DNA of 64,000 bases from an uncultured Candidatus Rokubacteria bacterium (lineage in GTDB: Bacteria > Methylomirabilota > Methylomirabilia > Rokubacteriales > DASRDR01), in assembly GCA_963826115.1 (NCBI GenBank), contig CAWGVS010000008.1, forward strand, positions 30,118 to 94,117, read 5' to 3'. Positions within the stretch are counted from its first letter, which is position 1, and every line of letters starts with the position of its first letter. A model generated the notes under the pieces. That model saw nothing but the letters and a program-made list of their open reading frames with translations, made no database searches and was not told where the DNA came from. Positions 40,602 to 51,288 of the stretch are shown here, piece after piece. The position numbers and the translations under genes were made by a program.

Positions 40602-40618
40602 AGCAACCGCCGTGCCAG
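40602..40618 (-). promoter_or_regulatory. sigma54 (-24/-12) promoter upstream of glmS
   Basis: CTGGCACGGCGGTTGCT matches TGGCACG-N4-TTGCW exactly, about 50 nt upstream of the ATG. Confidence 0.8.
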
Positions 40619-40756
40619 CCCCGAGACGCCCTCGTTCACGCTCGCCGGACGGCCGGAGGGCCGAGTTGGCGGCCCCGGGCCGTTGCGGCCGCGCAACCCC
40701 GAACGCCGCGCCACGTTTCACGTCCGGCCGCTCCGGGGCGGCGGCGCGGCGGGCGG

Positions 40757-42223
40757 TCAGGGCGCGGACGACGGCGACCCGCCCCGCGCCGCTCGGGCGG
40801 CGCGTCGACGTCCTGTCCAGCCCTCCTTGACAACCTGCGGGGCGCGCTCGAGCGCCAGGGCCCCGGGGGGAACGTCCTGGGAGATCACCGAGCCCGCGCC
40901 GACGTAGGCGTCGTCGCCGATCGTGACGGGCGCGACCAGGCTCGAGTTGGTCCCCACGAACGCCCGCGCGCCGATCCGGGTCTGGTGCTTCCGCTCGCCG
41001 TCGTAGTTGCACGTGATCACGCCGGCGCCGATGTTCGCGCCCTCCCCCACGGTGGCGTCGCCGATGTAGCCCACGTGGTGCGCCTTCACCCGGCGCCCGA
41101 TGGTGGCCTGCTTGATCTCGATGAAGTTCCCGATGTCCGCCTCGCGCTCAATCCGCGCGCCCCGGCGGAGGCGCGCGAACGGACCGAGCTGCGCGTCGTC
41201 CTCCACCCGGCACGCGTCGAGCACGCAGTAGGGCCGGAGCGTGACGCGATCGCCCAGCACGGAGTCGGTGAGCTGCGAGCCGGTCCCGATCTCGCAGCCC
41301 TCGCCCACCGCGGTCCGCCCGGCGAGGCGCACGCCCGGATGGAGCACGGTGTCGCGGCCGACCGTGACGGTCGTATCGACATAGGTGACCGCGGGGTCGA
41401 CGATGGCCACCCCGGCGGCCATCAGGCGGTCGAGCGTCTGCGCGCGGAGCCGGCCCTCGAGGAGCGCGAGCTGCCGGCGGTCGTTGACGCCCGCCACCTC
41501 GAGCGGGTCCGCCACCGGCACGCCCTCGATCCGGCTCCCGCGTCGTGCGAGCTCGGCGATCACGTCCGTCAGGTACAGCTCGCCCTGGGCGTTCCGGGGC
41601 GCGCGGCGAGCCACGGCGTCGAGCGCCGGCCAGAGTCGCGCGGGATCGAAGCAGTAGATGCCGGAGTTGCACTCGCGGCCGCGACGCTCGGCCGGGGTCG
41701 CGTCGCGCTCCTCGACGATGGCGCGGACGCGCCCGGCGCGACCCCGGCGGATGCGCCCGTATCCCGTCGGGTCGGGTGGCACGAAGGTCAGGACCGTGGC
41801 GGCGGCGCGGGTGGCGCGATGCCGGCCGAGAAGCCCGGCGAGGGTCTCGCGCCCGAGGAGCGGCACGTCCCCGTAGAGGAGGAGGAGCTCGGCGGCACTC
41901 GCCGCCACGGCCGGCCGCGCGCGGCGGAGCGCGTCGCCCGTCCCTCGCGGCACGGGCTGCTCGACGAAGCGCGGGGCGAGGTCGGCCAGCGCCGCGCGGA
42001 CGGCCTCGGCCCCGGGCGAGACGACCACGACCGTCCCCGCCACCCCGGCCTCCCGCACGAGCGCGACCGGATAGCGGACGAGCGGTTGGCCGCCCAGCGC
42101 GTGGAGGATCTTCGGCCGCCCGGACCGCATGCGCTTGCCCTCGCCCGCGGCGAGGACCACGGCCCAGGTCTCGCGCGGCGCGGGCGCGGACCCGGCCCGG
42201 CCGCGTCCCGCGCGTCTAGCCAC
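40757..42223 (-). CDS. glmU: Bifunctional UDP-GlcNAc pyrophosphorylase/glucosamine-1-phosphate acetyltransferase
   Basis: VLAAGEGKRM.S..PK, GYGRI, ELYLTD, GVNDR, NIGAGVITCNYDG. Confidence 0.96.
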   Translation of the reverse strand: MARRAGRGRAGSAPAPRETWAVVLAAGEGKRMRSGRPKILHALGGQPLVRYPVALVREAGVAGTVVVVSPGAEAVRAALADLAPRFVEQPVPRGTGDALRRARPAVAASAAELLLLYGDVPLLGRETLAGLLGRHRATRAAATVLTFVPPDPTGYGRIRRGRAGRVRAIVEERDATPAERRGRECNSGIYCFDPARLWPALDAVARRAPRNAQGELYLTDVIAELARRGSRIEGVPVADPLEVAGVNDRRQLALLEGRLRAQTLDRLMAAGVAIVDPAVTYVDTTVTVGRDTVLHPGVRLAGRTAVGEGCEIGTGSQLTDSVLGDRVTLRPYCVLDACRVEDDAQLGPFARLRRGARIEREADIGNFIEIKQATIGRRVKAHHVGYIGDATVGEGANIGAGVITCNYDGERKHQTRIGARAFVGTNSSLVAPVTIGDDAYVGAGSVISQDVPPGALALERAPQVVKEGWTGRRRAARAARGGSPSSAP

Positions 42224-43232
42224 GGACCGTCACCGGCCGGCGGGCCGGGCCGCCATGACGGATCAGCCGCGCCAGGACGCGCCCGAGCTTCTCGGGATGA
42301 TGCCGGGCGAGCTCGGTCGGGCTCGCGAGGTCCGCCTCGGTGAGCCAGACGCCCAGCGCCCGCACGCGGTCGCGATCGTTCACGACGGGGCTCGCGCCTG
42401 TCCGCGCGTAGCGGGCCACCACGTCCGGCGGGAAGGACCGGCCGTGCGCCACGATGCCGTCGATGACACCGCGCCCGCCGTGGGCATACACCGCGGCGAG
42501 ATGGTCGCCGAGGGACATGCCGTCCGTCTCCCCCGGCTCCGTCATCAGGTTCGCCACGCAGATCTTGAGCGCCGCGGCCGCCCGCAGCGCGTCGGCGACG
42601 CCGCCGACGAGGAGGTTCGGAATGAGGCTCGTGTAGAGCGAGCCGGGCGCCAGCACGACGACGTGGGCGTGCGCGATCGCCTCGAACACCTCGGGCAGGG
42701 CCCGCACGTCGCCGGGCTCCAGGAAGACGCGCTGGATCGGCACGCCCTGCCCGGGAATGTTCGACTCGCCGAGCACGCGCCGGCCGTCGGCCAGCTCGGC
42801 CCCGAGCCGCACGACGTCGAGCGTCGAGGGCAGGATCGTCCCCCGCACGGCGAGCACCTTCCCCGAGATGCGGATCGCGTGGAGGAAGTTGCCCGTGATC
42901 TGGGTGAGGGCCGCGAGGAAGAGATTGCCGAAGCTGTGGCCCGCCAGCTGCCCGTCGCCCGCGAACCGGAACTGGAAGAGCTCCGCCATCAGGGGCTCCA
43001 CCTCCGCGAGGGCGACGAGGCAGTTGCGGATGTCGCCGGGCGGCAGCACCTGGAGCTCGTCGCGCAGCCGGCCCGAGCTCCCGCCGTCGTCGGTCACGGT
43101 CACGACCGCGGTCAGCGCCGTCACCCGGGTGCCGAGGTAGCGCTTGAGCGCCGTCAGGATGACCGGCAACCCGGTGCCGCCGCCGATCGCCACGACCCGG
43201 CGTCCCCCGTCGTGTCGGCCGCGCGCCGCCAT
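42216..43232 (-). CDS. yvcK: YvcK/GlmR family (UDP-GlcNAc-binding) protein
   Basis: GGGTG, VTVTDDGGSSG.LR, PPGDIRNC, GHSFGNL, PGSLYTS. Confidence 0.93.
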   Translation of the reverse strand: MAARGRHDGGRRVVAIGGGTGLPVILTALKRYLGTRVTALTAVVTVTDDGGSSGRLRDELQVLPPGDIRNCLVALAEVEPLMAELFQFRFAGDGQLAGHSFGNLFLAALTQITGNFLHAIRISGKVLAVRGTILPSTLDVVRLGAELADGRRVLGESNIPGQGVPIQRVFLEPGDVRALPEVFEAIAHAHVVVLAPGSLYTSLIPNLLVGGVADALRAAAALKICVANLMTEPGETDGMSLGDHLAAVYAHGGRGVIDGIVAHGRSFPPDVVARYARTGASPVVNDRDRVRALGVWLTEADLASPTELARHHPEKLGRVLARLIRHGGPARRPVTVRG

Positions 43233-43241
43233 GTCCCGATC

Positions 43242-44276
43242 TTAGCGCACGCGGGGAGAGGCGCCCGCGATCCGCGATGGCGCGCGGAGCCAGGCGAGGA
43301 GCGCCGCGAACGCCGGCGGCGGCGGCGCCTCGAAGCGCAGCCGGGCGCCCGTGACGGGGTGGTCGAACCCGAGGACGGCCGCGTGGAGCGCCGGGCCGCC
43401 GAGCGCGATGACGCGGGCCGCGAGGTCGGGGTCGGCCGGCGCCGTTCCGCGCCGGCGGTAGGTCCGGTCGCCGACGACGGGCGCGCCCAGATGGGCGAGG
43501 TGGACGCGGATCTGGTGAGTGCGGCCGGTCCCGAGGATCGCCTCGATCAGGGTCAGGGGGACCGGGCGCGCGAACCGCTCGAGGACCCGGTACCGAGTGA
43601 GGGCCGGCCGCCCTGCCCCGGCCGGCCGCACCGCCATCCGCAGGCGATCGCGCGGATCCCGACCGATCGCGGTCTCGATCACCCCGGCCGCGTGCGGGAG
43701 GCGTCCCTGCACCAGGGCGAGGTAGCGCCGCTCGACGGTGCGCGCCTTCAGCTGGCGCGCGAGCCCGAGGTGCGCCCGGTCGTGCTTGGCGACCACGAGG
43801 AGGCCCGAGGTGCCCCGGTCGAGCCGGTGGACGATCCCCGGCCGGCGCACGCCACCGATCCCGGACAGCTCGGCCCCGCAGTGGGCGAGGAGGGCGTGGA
43901 CCAGCGTCCCCGTCCGGTGGCCCGCGCCGGGATGCACGACGAGCCCGACGGGCTTGTTCACCACGAGGAGGTCGGCGTCCTCGTGGACGACGTCGAGCGG
44001 GATCGGCTCGGGCACGAGCGCGACGGGCTCGGGCGGTGGGACCTCGACGGTCACGCGCGCGCCCGCGCGCAGCCGGTGGCTCGCCTTCGCGTGGCCACCG
44101 GCCACGGTGACCTGCCCGCCGGCGATCAGCGCCTGGAGCCGGGTGCGCGACAGGTCGGGCGCGTGGGCCTGAAGGAAGCGATCGAGCCGGGTCCCCGCGG
44201 CCCCGGGCTCCACGACGAAGCTCCGGAGCGCCGGGAGGCCAGGCTCAGGCGTCGACGGCGTCCCGTCGCGGGACAT
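43242..44276 (-). CDS. rluD: RluA-family pseudouridine synthase with S4 domain (RluD-like)
   Basis: RLDRFL, VVHPGAG, RPGIVHRLDRGTSG, TGRTHQIRVH. Confidence 0.92.
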   Translation of the reverse strand: MSRDGTPSTPEPGLPALRSFVVEPGAAGTRLDRFLQAHAPDLSRTRLQALIAGGQVTVAGGHAKASHRLRAGARVTVEVPPPEPVALVPEPIPLDVVHEDADLLVVNKPVGLVVHPGAGHRTGTLVHALLAHCGAELSGIGGVRRPGIVHRLDRGTSGLLVVAKHDRAHLGLARQLKARTVERRYLALVQGRLPHAAGVIETAIGRDPRDRLRMAVRPAGAGRPALTRYRVLERFARPVPLTLIEAILGTGRTHQIRVHLAHLGAPVVGDRTYRRRGTAPADPDLAARVIALGGPALHAAVLGFDHPVTGARLRFEAPPPPAFAALLAWLRAPSRIAGASPRVR

Positions 44277-44739
44277 CGTCCCGCCCGAACGCCAGCTCGG
44301 TGGCCAGGAGGCAGACGCCCACCGTGATCGCCGAATCGGCCACGTTGAACGCCGGCCAGTGGTAGGAGCGCCAGAACACGTCGATGAAGTCCACCACCGC
44401 TCCGAGCCGCCAGCGATCGAGCAGGTTGCCGGCGGCGCCGCCGAACACGAACCCGATCGCCACGCGGGCGAGCGCGCTCCCGCGGGGCAGGATCCGGAAC
44501 GCGAGCGAGCCCAGGAGCGCGAGCGCCGTCAGGGAGAACAGGGTGACGATCCACCGCCACCGGGGCGGAACGCCGGCGAAGATCCCGAACGCGACGCCGG
44601 GATTCATGACCAGCACGAGGTGGAAGAAGTCCGGGATCACGACCACGGGGTGCGTGGCGTCGAGCCGCGCGAGCGCCCACCGCTTGGTGAGCTGGTCCGC
44701 GACGAAGATCACCGTCGCGAGCCCGAGGATCAGCGTCAT
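44245..44739 (-). CDS. lspA: Lipoprotein signal peptidase II
   Basis: [34 protein letters not shown]. Confidence 0.96.
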   Translation of the reverse strand: MTLILGLATVIFVADQLTKRWALARLDATHPVVVIPDFFHLVLVMNPGVAFGIFAGVPPRWRWIVTLFSLTALALLGSLAFRILPRGSALARVAIGFVFGGAAGNLLDRWRLGAVVDFIDVFWRSYHWPAFNVADSAITVGVCLLATELAFGRDDVPRRDAVDA

Positions 44740-47600
44740 CGGCCGGCGCCGGCGCGGATGATCGGCAGGCAGCGCTCGCAGAGGGTCGGGTGCTCGGCAT
44801 CCATCCCGACCGCGGGGCTCCACGTCCAGCACCGGCCGCACTTCTTGCCGGTCGCGTGCCGGACGTCCACCGCGAGGCCCGGCAGCGCCGTCTCGTGGAG
44901 GACGACGCGATCCGGTCCGGTCGCGGCGTCGGCGGGGAGCGCGTCGAACTCGACGTCCAGCTGGGACACGATGAGAAGCTCCCGGAGGAGGGCCTTGCCG
45001 GCCTGCTCCATCAGGACGCGGAGACCCGGCTCGGTCACGTGGAGCACGACGCGCGCGTCGAGGGCCGCGCCGATCAGCTTCGCCGCGCGGGCCTGCTCGA
45101 GCGCCTTCGACGTCTCGCTGCGCAGGCGGAGCAGCGTGTCCCAGCCCCGCTCGAGGCTTTCGTCGAGCCAGCGCGCGCGATCGAGCGCCGGGAAGTCGGT
45201 GAGGTGGACGCTCGCCGCCTTGCCCGGCGTGCGGACGTGGTCCCAGACCTCCTCGGCCGTGAACGTCAGGATCGGCGCCATCAGGCGGACCAGCGCGTCC
45301 AGGATCCGGTAGCACGCGGTCTGGGCCGCCCGCCGCCCGGGCGCGGTCGCCGCCGACGTGTAGAGCCGGTCCTTCAGGACGTCGAGGTAGAGCGCCGAGA
45401 GGTCCACCGCGCAGAAGTTGTGGAGGCTCTGGAACGCGAGGTGGAACTCGTAATCCTCATAGGCCTTCCGGACCCGCTCGATCGTCCGGTGGAGCCGGAG
45501 CATCGCCCAGCCGTCGAGGCCGGTCAGCGCCGCGTCCGGGACCGCGTCCGTCGCGGGATCGAAGTCGGCGAGGTTCCCGAGCAGGAACCGGCACGTGTTC
45601 CGGACCCGGCGGTAGGCCTCCGCCAGCTGGCCGAGGATCTCGTCGGACAGCCGGATGTCCTGCGTGTAGTCCTCGCCCGACGCCCAGAGCCGCAGGATCT
45701 CCGCGCCGTGCTTCGCGATGACGTCGTCGGGCGCCACCGTGTTCCCGACGGACTTCGACATCTTGCGGCCCGCGCCGTCGACCACGAACCCGTGGGTGAG
45801 GACGGCGCGGTAGGGCGGGGCCCCGCGCGTGCCGACGGCCTCGAGGAGCGAGGAGTGGAACCACCCCCGGTGCTGGTCCGACCCCTCGAGGTACATGTCC
45901 GCCGGCCAGCGGAGCGCGCCGTGCTTCTCCAGCACCGCGGCGTGGCTGCAGCCGGAGTCGAACCAGACGTCGAGGATGTCCGTCTCCTTCCGGAACGCGC
46001 GACCCCCGCACTTCCGGCACGCGGTCCCGGACGGAAGGAGCTCCGCGGCGGAGCGGAGGTACCACTCGTCGGCGCCCTCGCCCGCCTCCATCCGCGCCGC
46101 GACGTGCTCGACCACCGTCTCCTCGAGGAGGATCGTCGCGCAGGCCTCGCAGTAGAACGCCACGATCGGCACGCCCCACACGCGCTGCCGCGAGATCGTC
46201 CAGTCGGGGCGATGGGCGATCATGTTCGTGATGCGCTCCTCGCCCCACGGCGGGACCCACTGGACCGTCGGCAGCGCGGCGAGCGCCTGCTGGCGGAGCG
46301 TGCCGGCGTCCCCGCCCCGCGGCGCCTGGTCGAGCGCGATGAACCACTGCTCGGTCGCCCGGAAGAGCGTCGGGTTCTTGCACCGCCAGCAGTGTGGGTA
46401 CGTGTGGGTGAGCGGCACTTCCGCCACCAGGGCGCCGCGCTCCCTCAGGAGCGCGATGATCTTCGGATTCGCGTCCCACACGGTGAGGCCGGCGAAGTGC
46501 TCGACCTCCGGGATGAAGCGCCCGTCGTCGTCCACCGGGTTGTAGATCGGCAGCCCGAGAGACCGTCCGAGCTCGTAGTCCTCCTCGCCGTGGCCGGGCG
46601 CGATGTGGACCAGGCCCGTCCCCGCGTCCATCGCGACGAACCCGGCGGCCGCGATCCGACCCGTGCGCTCGATCCAGGGGTGCCGGTACTCGAGCCCGGC
46701 GAGCTCGGCGCCCTCGAAGGTGCGGAGGCGGCGCGGGGCCGGGAGGCGTGCGATCCGGACGAACGGCTCGACGAGGCGCTCGGCCACGAGCAGCGTCTCG
46801 TCGCCGGCGTCCAGGGCGACGTACTTCTCGCCCGGGTTCACCGCCACCGCCAGGTTCGCGGGCAGGGTCCAGGGTGTCGTGGTCCAGATCACGACCGACG
46901 GTCGCGGGGCCGCGGCGAGCCCGGGGAGCGCCGACACCAGCGGGAACTTCACGTAGACCGACGGGGTGCGCTGCTCCTCGTACTCCACCTCCGCCTGCGC
47001 GAGGGCGGTCTTGCAGTGCATGCACCAGTGGACGGGCTTGAGCCCCTTGTAGACGAGCCCCCGGCCCACGAAGCGGCCGAACTCGCGGACGATGGTCGCC
47101 TGGTAGGCGGGCGCCATCGTGAGATACGGATGCGCCCAGTCCCCGAAGATCCCGAGCCGCCGGAACTCCGCGCGCTGGATGTCGATGAACCGGAGCGCGT
47201 AGGCCCGGCACCGCCGGCGCTTCTCCGTCGGGTCCATGGCGCGCCGCACGTCGTTCCCGGCCTTGTCGAGGCCGAGCTCCTTGTCGACTTGGTGCTCGAT
47301 GGGCAGTCCGTGGCAGTCCCACCCCGGCACGTAGACGGCGTCGTGTCCGAGCATGGTCCGCGACTTGACCACGATGTCCTTCAGCACCTTGTTGAGCGCG
47401 GTGCCCATGTGGATGTGGCCATTCGCGTAGGGCGGGCCGTCGTGGAGGATCCAGACGGGGCGGCCGCGGCCACGGGCGCGGAGCGCCCCGTAGAGATCCT
47501 GGGCGTCCCAGCGACGGAGGCGCTCGGGCTCCCGCTGGGGCAGGCTCGCCCGCATCGGAAAGTCGGTGCGCGGGAGGTGGAGGGTCGCCTTGTAGTCCAT
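44736..47600 (-). CDS. ileS: Isoleucyl-tRNA synthetase (type 1)
   Basis: [43 protein letters not shown]-terminal zinc finger. Confidence 0.98.
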   Translation of the reverse strand: MDYKATLHLPRTDFPMRASLPQREPERLRRWDAQDLYGALRARGRGRPVWILHDGPPYANGHIHMGTALNKVLKDIVVKSRTMLGHDAVYVPGWDCHGLPIEHQVDKELGLDKAGNDVRRAMDPTEKRRRCRAYALRFIDIQRAEFRRLGIFGDWAHPYLTMAPAYQATIVREFGRFVGRGLVYKGLKPVHWCMHCKTALAQAEVEYEEQRTPSVYVKFPLVSALPGLAAAPRPSVVIWTTTPWTLPANLAVAVNPGEKYVALDAGDETLLVAERLVEPFVRIARLPAPRRLRTFEGAELAGLEYRHPWIERTGRIAAAGFVAMDAGTGLVHIAPGHGEEDYELGRSLGLPIYNPVDDDGRFIPEVEHFAGLTVWDANPKIIALLRERGALVAEVPLTHTYPHCWRCKNPTLFRATEQWFIALDQAPRGGDAGTLRQQALAALPTVQWVPPWGEERITNMIAHRPDWTISRQRVWGVPIVAFYCEACATILLEETVVEHVAARMEAGEGADEWYLRSAAELLPSGTACRKCGGRAFRKETDILDVWFDSGCSHAAVLEKHGALRWPADMYLEGSDQHRGWFHSSLLEAVGTRGAPPYRAVLTHGFVVDGAGRKMSKSVGNTVAPDDVIAKHGAEILRLWASGEDYTQDIRLSDEILGQLAEAYRRVRNTCRFLLGNLADFDPATDAVPDAALTGLDGWAMLRLHRTIERVRKAYEDYEFHLAFQSLHNFCAVDLSALYLDVLKDRLYTSAATAPGRRAAQTACYRILDALVRLMAPILTFTAEEVWDHVRTPGKAASVHLTDFPALDRARWLDESLERGWDTLLRLRSETSKALEQARAAKLIGAALDARVVLHVTEPGLRVLMEQAGKALLRELLIVSQLDVEFDALPADAATGPDRVVLHETALPGLAVDVRHATGKKCGRCWTWSPAVGMDAEHPTLCERCLPIIRAGAGR

Positions 47601-47644
47601 GAGACTGGAAACTGCGCGGCAGATCCCCGCCGCGCAGTGCACAA

Positions 47645-47673
47645 AAGCTAGCATCCATGCGTATTTGTGTCAA
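47645..47673 (-). promoter_or_regulatory. sigma70 promoter of the ileS operon
   Basis: TTGACA-17 bp-TAGCTT with extended TG in an AT-rich patch. Confidence 0.7.
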
Positions 47674-47733
47674 GAAATGGGGCGCGGGCTGGGCCCACCG
47701 CCGGCGTTCCCGGGGTGCGGCCCGGTCAGGACC

Positions 47734-49260
47734 TCACCCGGCCCACGGCGCGGGACAGGCGAGCGGCGCGGGCTGATGGTTCCGATGCCACGCCGTCTCG
47801 AACACCACCATCCTCTCGTCGCCCGAGACGACGTTGTGGTTCAGCGTGACCGCGGCGATCGGCCGGAACAAGTCCCCGCGCGAGGACATCAACGTGAACC
47901 ACACCGGGAACACGACGAGGTACTCCGGGCACCGCCGCCCGAGATAGCGGAGGACGGCCGCCTCGCCCTGCCGGCGATAGGGCAAGACCTCCGGGGTCCC
48001 GAGCCCCAGCAGGTCGATCACTCGCCGTCGCCCGAAGTACGAGAGCGCCCCGAGGTCGTTCAACGCGATGAGCGTGTCCGGCGGCGTGTGGGCCGCGATC
48101 CAGCGCCCGAGCTCGACCTGCTGCCCGTTGATGTTCTGGACGGCCCACGCATAGGTCGTGGCCTCGGCCGGGGCACGCGCGACGAGGGCGAGGAGCAGGA
48201 CCGCGGCCAGCGCGACGCGGACGCGCCGGTTGGACACCCCGCGCCAGAGGCGCTCGAGCCCGGCCAGGGCGATGACCACGGCCAGGGGGAGGAGGTGCGT
48301 CGAGTAGCGGCCGGTCTGGAAGGTCGGACCCCGGTAGGGCGCGACGAGCGCCGACGCGATCGGATGGAGGATGAGCACGAGCGCAAGCCACCGGAGTCGG
48401 CTCCGGCGGACCACGAGGAGCCCGACGACCAGGAGCAGGGGCAAGGCCACGTGGTCCTGGAACAGCACCTTCCCCCACTCTTTCAGGAAGAACCAGACGT
48501 AGCGGTGAATCAGGGCCCAAGGCGCGGCCAGGCCCTCCGCCTGCCCGATCAGCCCGGCCTCGACCTTCGCCGCGGCGGTGGCGGGCAAGAATCGGCCGCC
48601 CACGACGAGGTTGAACGCGACCGACGGGGCGACCACGGCCGAGGACACGGCGAGCCGGCGGACCGCGGCGGACCAGTGCCCGGCGCCGAGCACGTGGAGC
48701 GCGATCAGGAGGCTCGCCTCGGGCCGGGCGAGCGTCGCCAGCCCGAGCCCCGCGGCCCCCAGCAGGGGCCGGTCTCGCACGATCGCCCAGCTCGCGGCGG
48801 CCACGCACAGAGCCGCGAGCGGCACCTCCATCCCGGAGAGCGCCCCCCACACGAGGCGGCCGAGCGTGAGCGCGGCCAGGCCGGCGCCCCAGGCCAGACC
48901 CGGCGGGAGCTCCGCCGCGGTCGCCAGGCGGCGCGTGACGAGCCCGGTGGCCGCCCAGCAGACGATCCCGAGCGTCTTCGTCGCCGCGAGACCCGGGATA
49001 CCCAGCCAGAGCAGGCCCGCCAGCACCACGGTCCAGAGGGGCGCCGTGGAAACGGCCACCGGCTCGCCCGGATTGATCGCGAAGCCGCCGCCGGTCGCCA
49101 GGTTGTCGGCGAGGCGGAGGTGGATCCAGCTGTCGTCGAGGGGCAGGCCCGGTGCGCCCGCGATCCAGGCCTCGGCGGCGAGAAAGGCGGCGAGGGCCAG
49201 CGAGCCCGACGCGAGGAGGAGCGCGTCCCAGCGGTCGAGGCCCCCGACCGACGGCCGCAC
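47734..49260 (-). CDS. Polytopic membrane protein, GT-C-like glycosyltransferase
   Basis: LDDSWIH...NLATGGGFAINPGE...STAPLW, SGMEVPL, LARPE, DLGALSYF..R.VIDLLGL. AGGAG RBS. Confidence 0.75.
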   Translation of the reverse strand: MRPSVGGLDRWDALLLASGSLALAAFLAAEAWIAGAPGLPLDDSWIHLRLADNLATGGGFAINPGEPVAVSTAPLWTVVLAGLLWLGIPGLAATKTLGIVCWAATGLVTRRLATAAELPPGLAWGAGLAALTLGRLVWGALSGMEVPLAALCVAAASWAIVRDRPLLGAAGLGLATLARPEASLLIALHVLGAGHWSAAVRRLAVSSAVVAPSVAFNLVVGGRFLPATAAAKVEAGLIGQAEGLAAPWALIHRYVWFFLKEWGKVLFQDHVALPLLLVVGLLVVRRSRLRWLALVLILHPIASALVAPYRGPTFQTGRYSTHLLPLAVVIALAGLERLWRGVSNRRVRVALAAVLLLALVARAPAEATTYAWAVQNINGQQVELGRWIAAHTPPDTLIALNDLGALSYFGRRRVIDLLGLGTPEVLPYRRQGEAAVLRYLGRRCPEYLVVFPVWFTLMSSRGDLFRPIAAVTLNHNVVSGDERMVVFETAWHRNHQPAPLACPAPWAG

Positions 49261-49271
49261 GGCCCGCTCTC

Positions 49272-50939
49272 CTACCGGCGAAGTCGGGCCATGGCCGTCA
49301 CGGGCACCAAGTGGTACCCCGCATGCTCGACCTCGCCCCGACTGACACGCTCCACGTAGAGGGATCGGCCGTGGGACAGCGGCTGCGCCTCGACCGCGGC
49401 CGGACGGGGCAAGCTCGGATGCCACTCGTCGACGACCCAGACCACGCGGCGTGTCGTCGGGGGAAGCGGCACACGCCAGTCGGCGACGGCCGCCATGCTG
49501 GCGAGCTCGCGCGACCGCAGATAGCCGGGGCGCGTCTCGCCGAGTCGGAGGTGGTACGCCGCATACTCGGGCAGATAGTACATGACGTGGCGGAACCAGG
49601 GATACGAACGCGGATTGCCGAGCTCCGTCACCAGCACGGTGTCGCGAGGATCGAACCGGCGGCGGATCGCCGTCACGTAGTCGCCGATCACCGCGTCCTG
49701 CTCCCGCAGCCCCGCCGCGGTGTGGGCCCAGAGCCGGAACCGGTAAAGCGTGCGCAGCTCCGCCGCGACCCGCACCGGCCACCGAGCATCGGCCGGCGGG
49801 CTCGACACGTCCACCGGTCCCGCCGCGGTGAAGAACAGCACGTGGGCGCCGAGCGCAGCGGCGGTGGCCAGGCCCGCCGTCCACGCGCGCCACCGCGCGC
49901 CCGCGCTTCGCGCCAGATCCCACGAGACGCCCTCGGCCAGCGCCCGGCCCACGAGGAGATACAAGGCCGGGAGGATCGTCAGCAGGTACCCGTGCTGGCC
50001 GAGGTGCACGAGGAGGTAGACCCCGAGGGCCGGGACGATCCAGAGCGCGAACAGGGCCGCGCGGGCGCCGTCCGCGCGGGCACGGCGGGGGGCGCCGCGC
50101 AGGTCCCACGCGAGGACCGGCAGGAAGACCCCGAGACCCACGACGAGCGCCTCGCCCAGGCCCACCACGTTCCGGGGCCAGCCCCCGCCCACGAGCGTGG
50201 TGGCACGGACCGTCGATTCGTAGAGCTCGAGGGAGGCGCTCACGTAGCGCTCGATCCCGGTCAGCCACAGCATCGGGCCAAGCCATGCCGCCACCGTGAG
50301 GAGGACGAGCCCCGCGCCGGCGAGGACCGGCCCCGACCGGCGGAACCCGCGCCACGCCATGCCAAGCCAGAGCGGGCTCAGGATCACGAGCATCGACGGG
50401 CGCACGCCGCCCGCGAGCCCCAGGAGGACGGCGGAGGCGACGAGCGCCCGCACGCTGCCCCGCCCCATCGCCCACGCGCCGACGGCTACGCCTGTCGCCA
50501 GGGCCGCCTCCGCGGTGTAGGAGAGCCCGACGACGCCGTACGCCCAGAACAAGGGACTCACCGCGAGGCCGAGCGCCGCGAGCACGGCCGGCGCGCGCCC
50601 GTAGAGATGCCAGCCGAGCTGGTAGAGCAGGAGCACCGCCGCCGCGCTCGCCACCGCTGCCAGCCCGCCGAGCGTCGCGGCCGGATCCCCGAGCACGGGC
50701 TCCGCCAGGCGGCCGAGCAGGACGTAGAGGATGTAGCCGGGCGGATGCGGCTGGTGACGGACCACGTCGTAGCGGTCGAGCGCGAGCGCGAACTGGACGG
50801 CGTCCCACGTCGGGAGGAGCCGCACCCGGTAGGGCCAGCGGGTCAGGAGCGTGAGGCTCGCGATGGCTAGCGCCAGCCCCCAGTCCGTCGGCGGGAGTTT
50901 GGCTGGCGACGTCGGCGAGAAGCCGGATGAGGAGGTCAT
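49272..50939 (-). CDS. Polytopic membrane protein, GT-C-like (DUF2723/ArnT-like)
   Basis: WDAVQFALAL...HQPHPPGY.LY, SPLFW, GGVRP; many TM segments. Confidence 0.72.
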   Translation of the reverse strand: MTSSSGFSPTSPAKLPPTDWGLALAIASLTLLTRWPYRVRLLPTWDAVQFALALDRYDVVRHQPHPPGYILYVLLGRLAEPVLGDPAATLGGLAAVASAAAVLLLYQLGWHLYGRAPAVLAALGLAVSPLFWAYGVVGLSYTAEAALATGVAVGAWAMGRGSVRALVASAVLLGLAGGVRPSMLVILSPLWLGMAWRGFRRSGPVLAGAGLVLLTVAAWLGPMLWLTGIERYVSASLELYESTVRATTLVGGGWPRNVVGLGEALVVGLGVFLPVLAWDLRGAPRRARADGARAALFALWIVPALGVYLLVHLGQHGYLLTILPALYLLVGRALAEGVSWDLARSAGARWRAWTAGLATAAALGAHVLFFTAAGPVDVSSPPADARWPVRVAAELRTLYRFRLWAHTAAGLREQDAVIGDYVTAIRRRFDPRDTVLVTELGNPRSYPWFRHVMYYLPEYAAYHLRLGETRPGYLRSRELASMAAVADWRVPLPPTTRRVVWVVDEWHPSLPRPAAVEAQPLSHGRSLYVERVSRGEVEHAGYHLVPVTAMARLRR

Positions 50940-51010
50940 GGGCGCCAGCGGGACGGCGTTACGGCGGTGCGGAAACGCGGCGGGACGGGCGGGGGACGGT
51001 CAGGCGGAGC

Positions 51011-51187
51011 TCAGGCGCCCTTCTTCTCCTCGTGCTTCTCGGGCGAGTCCGCCTCATTCTGTCCCTTTTTGAACTCGGACATGCTCTTGCCGAGGCCGCG
51101 CGCCAGCTCGGGGAGCTTCTGTGCCCCGAACAGGAGCAAGACGATGATGAGGATGATCATCAGCTCCTGATAGCCCAATCCGAACAT
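51011..51187 (-). CDS. tatA: Twin-arginine translocase subunit TatA
   Basis: [51 protein letters not shown]. Confidence 0.95.
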   Translation of the reverse strand: MFGLGYQELMIILIIVLLLFGAQKLPELARGLGKSMSEFKKGQNEADSPEKHEEKKGA

Positions 51188-51215
51188 GCGAGCCCTCCTC
51201 GGTAAAGTGTCCCAT

Positions 51216-51243
51216 ACCTTACCCCGTTTCAGCAGGCTGTCAA
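51216..51243 (-). promoter_or_regulatory. sigma70 promoter of tatA
   Basis: TTGACA-16 bp-TAAGGT. Confidence 0.55.
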
Positions 51244-51288
51244 TCAGCGGCGCCCCTGACAGACGCGGGTCCCGGGACGCTCGGGCGA

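Noticed and set aside
40553-40756. glmS ribozyme
   Set aside because: The core AGCGCC...GACGAGG...ATCGA...TCGGCGG elements were not found; a sigma54 promoter explains the gap better.
47601-47733. T-box leader or Rex site before ileS
   Set aside because: The predicted leader is only about 40 nt with no T-box motif; TTGTGCA is a lone half-site.
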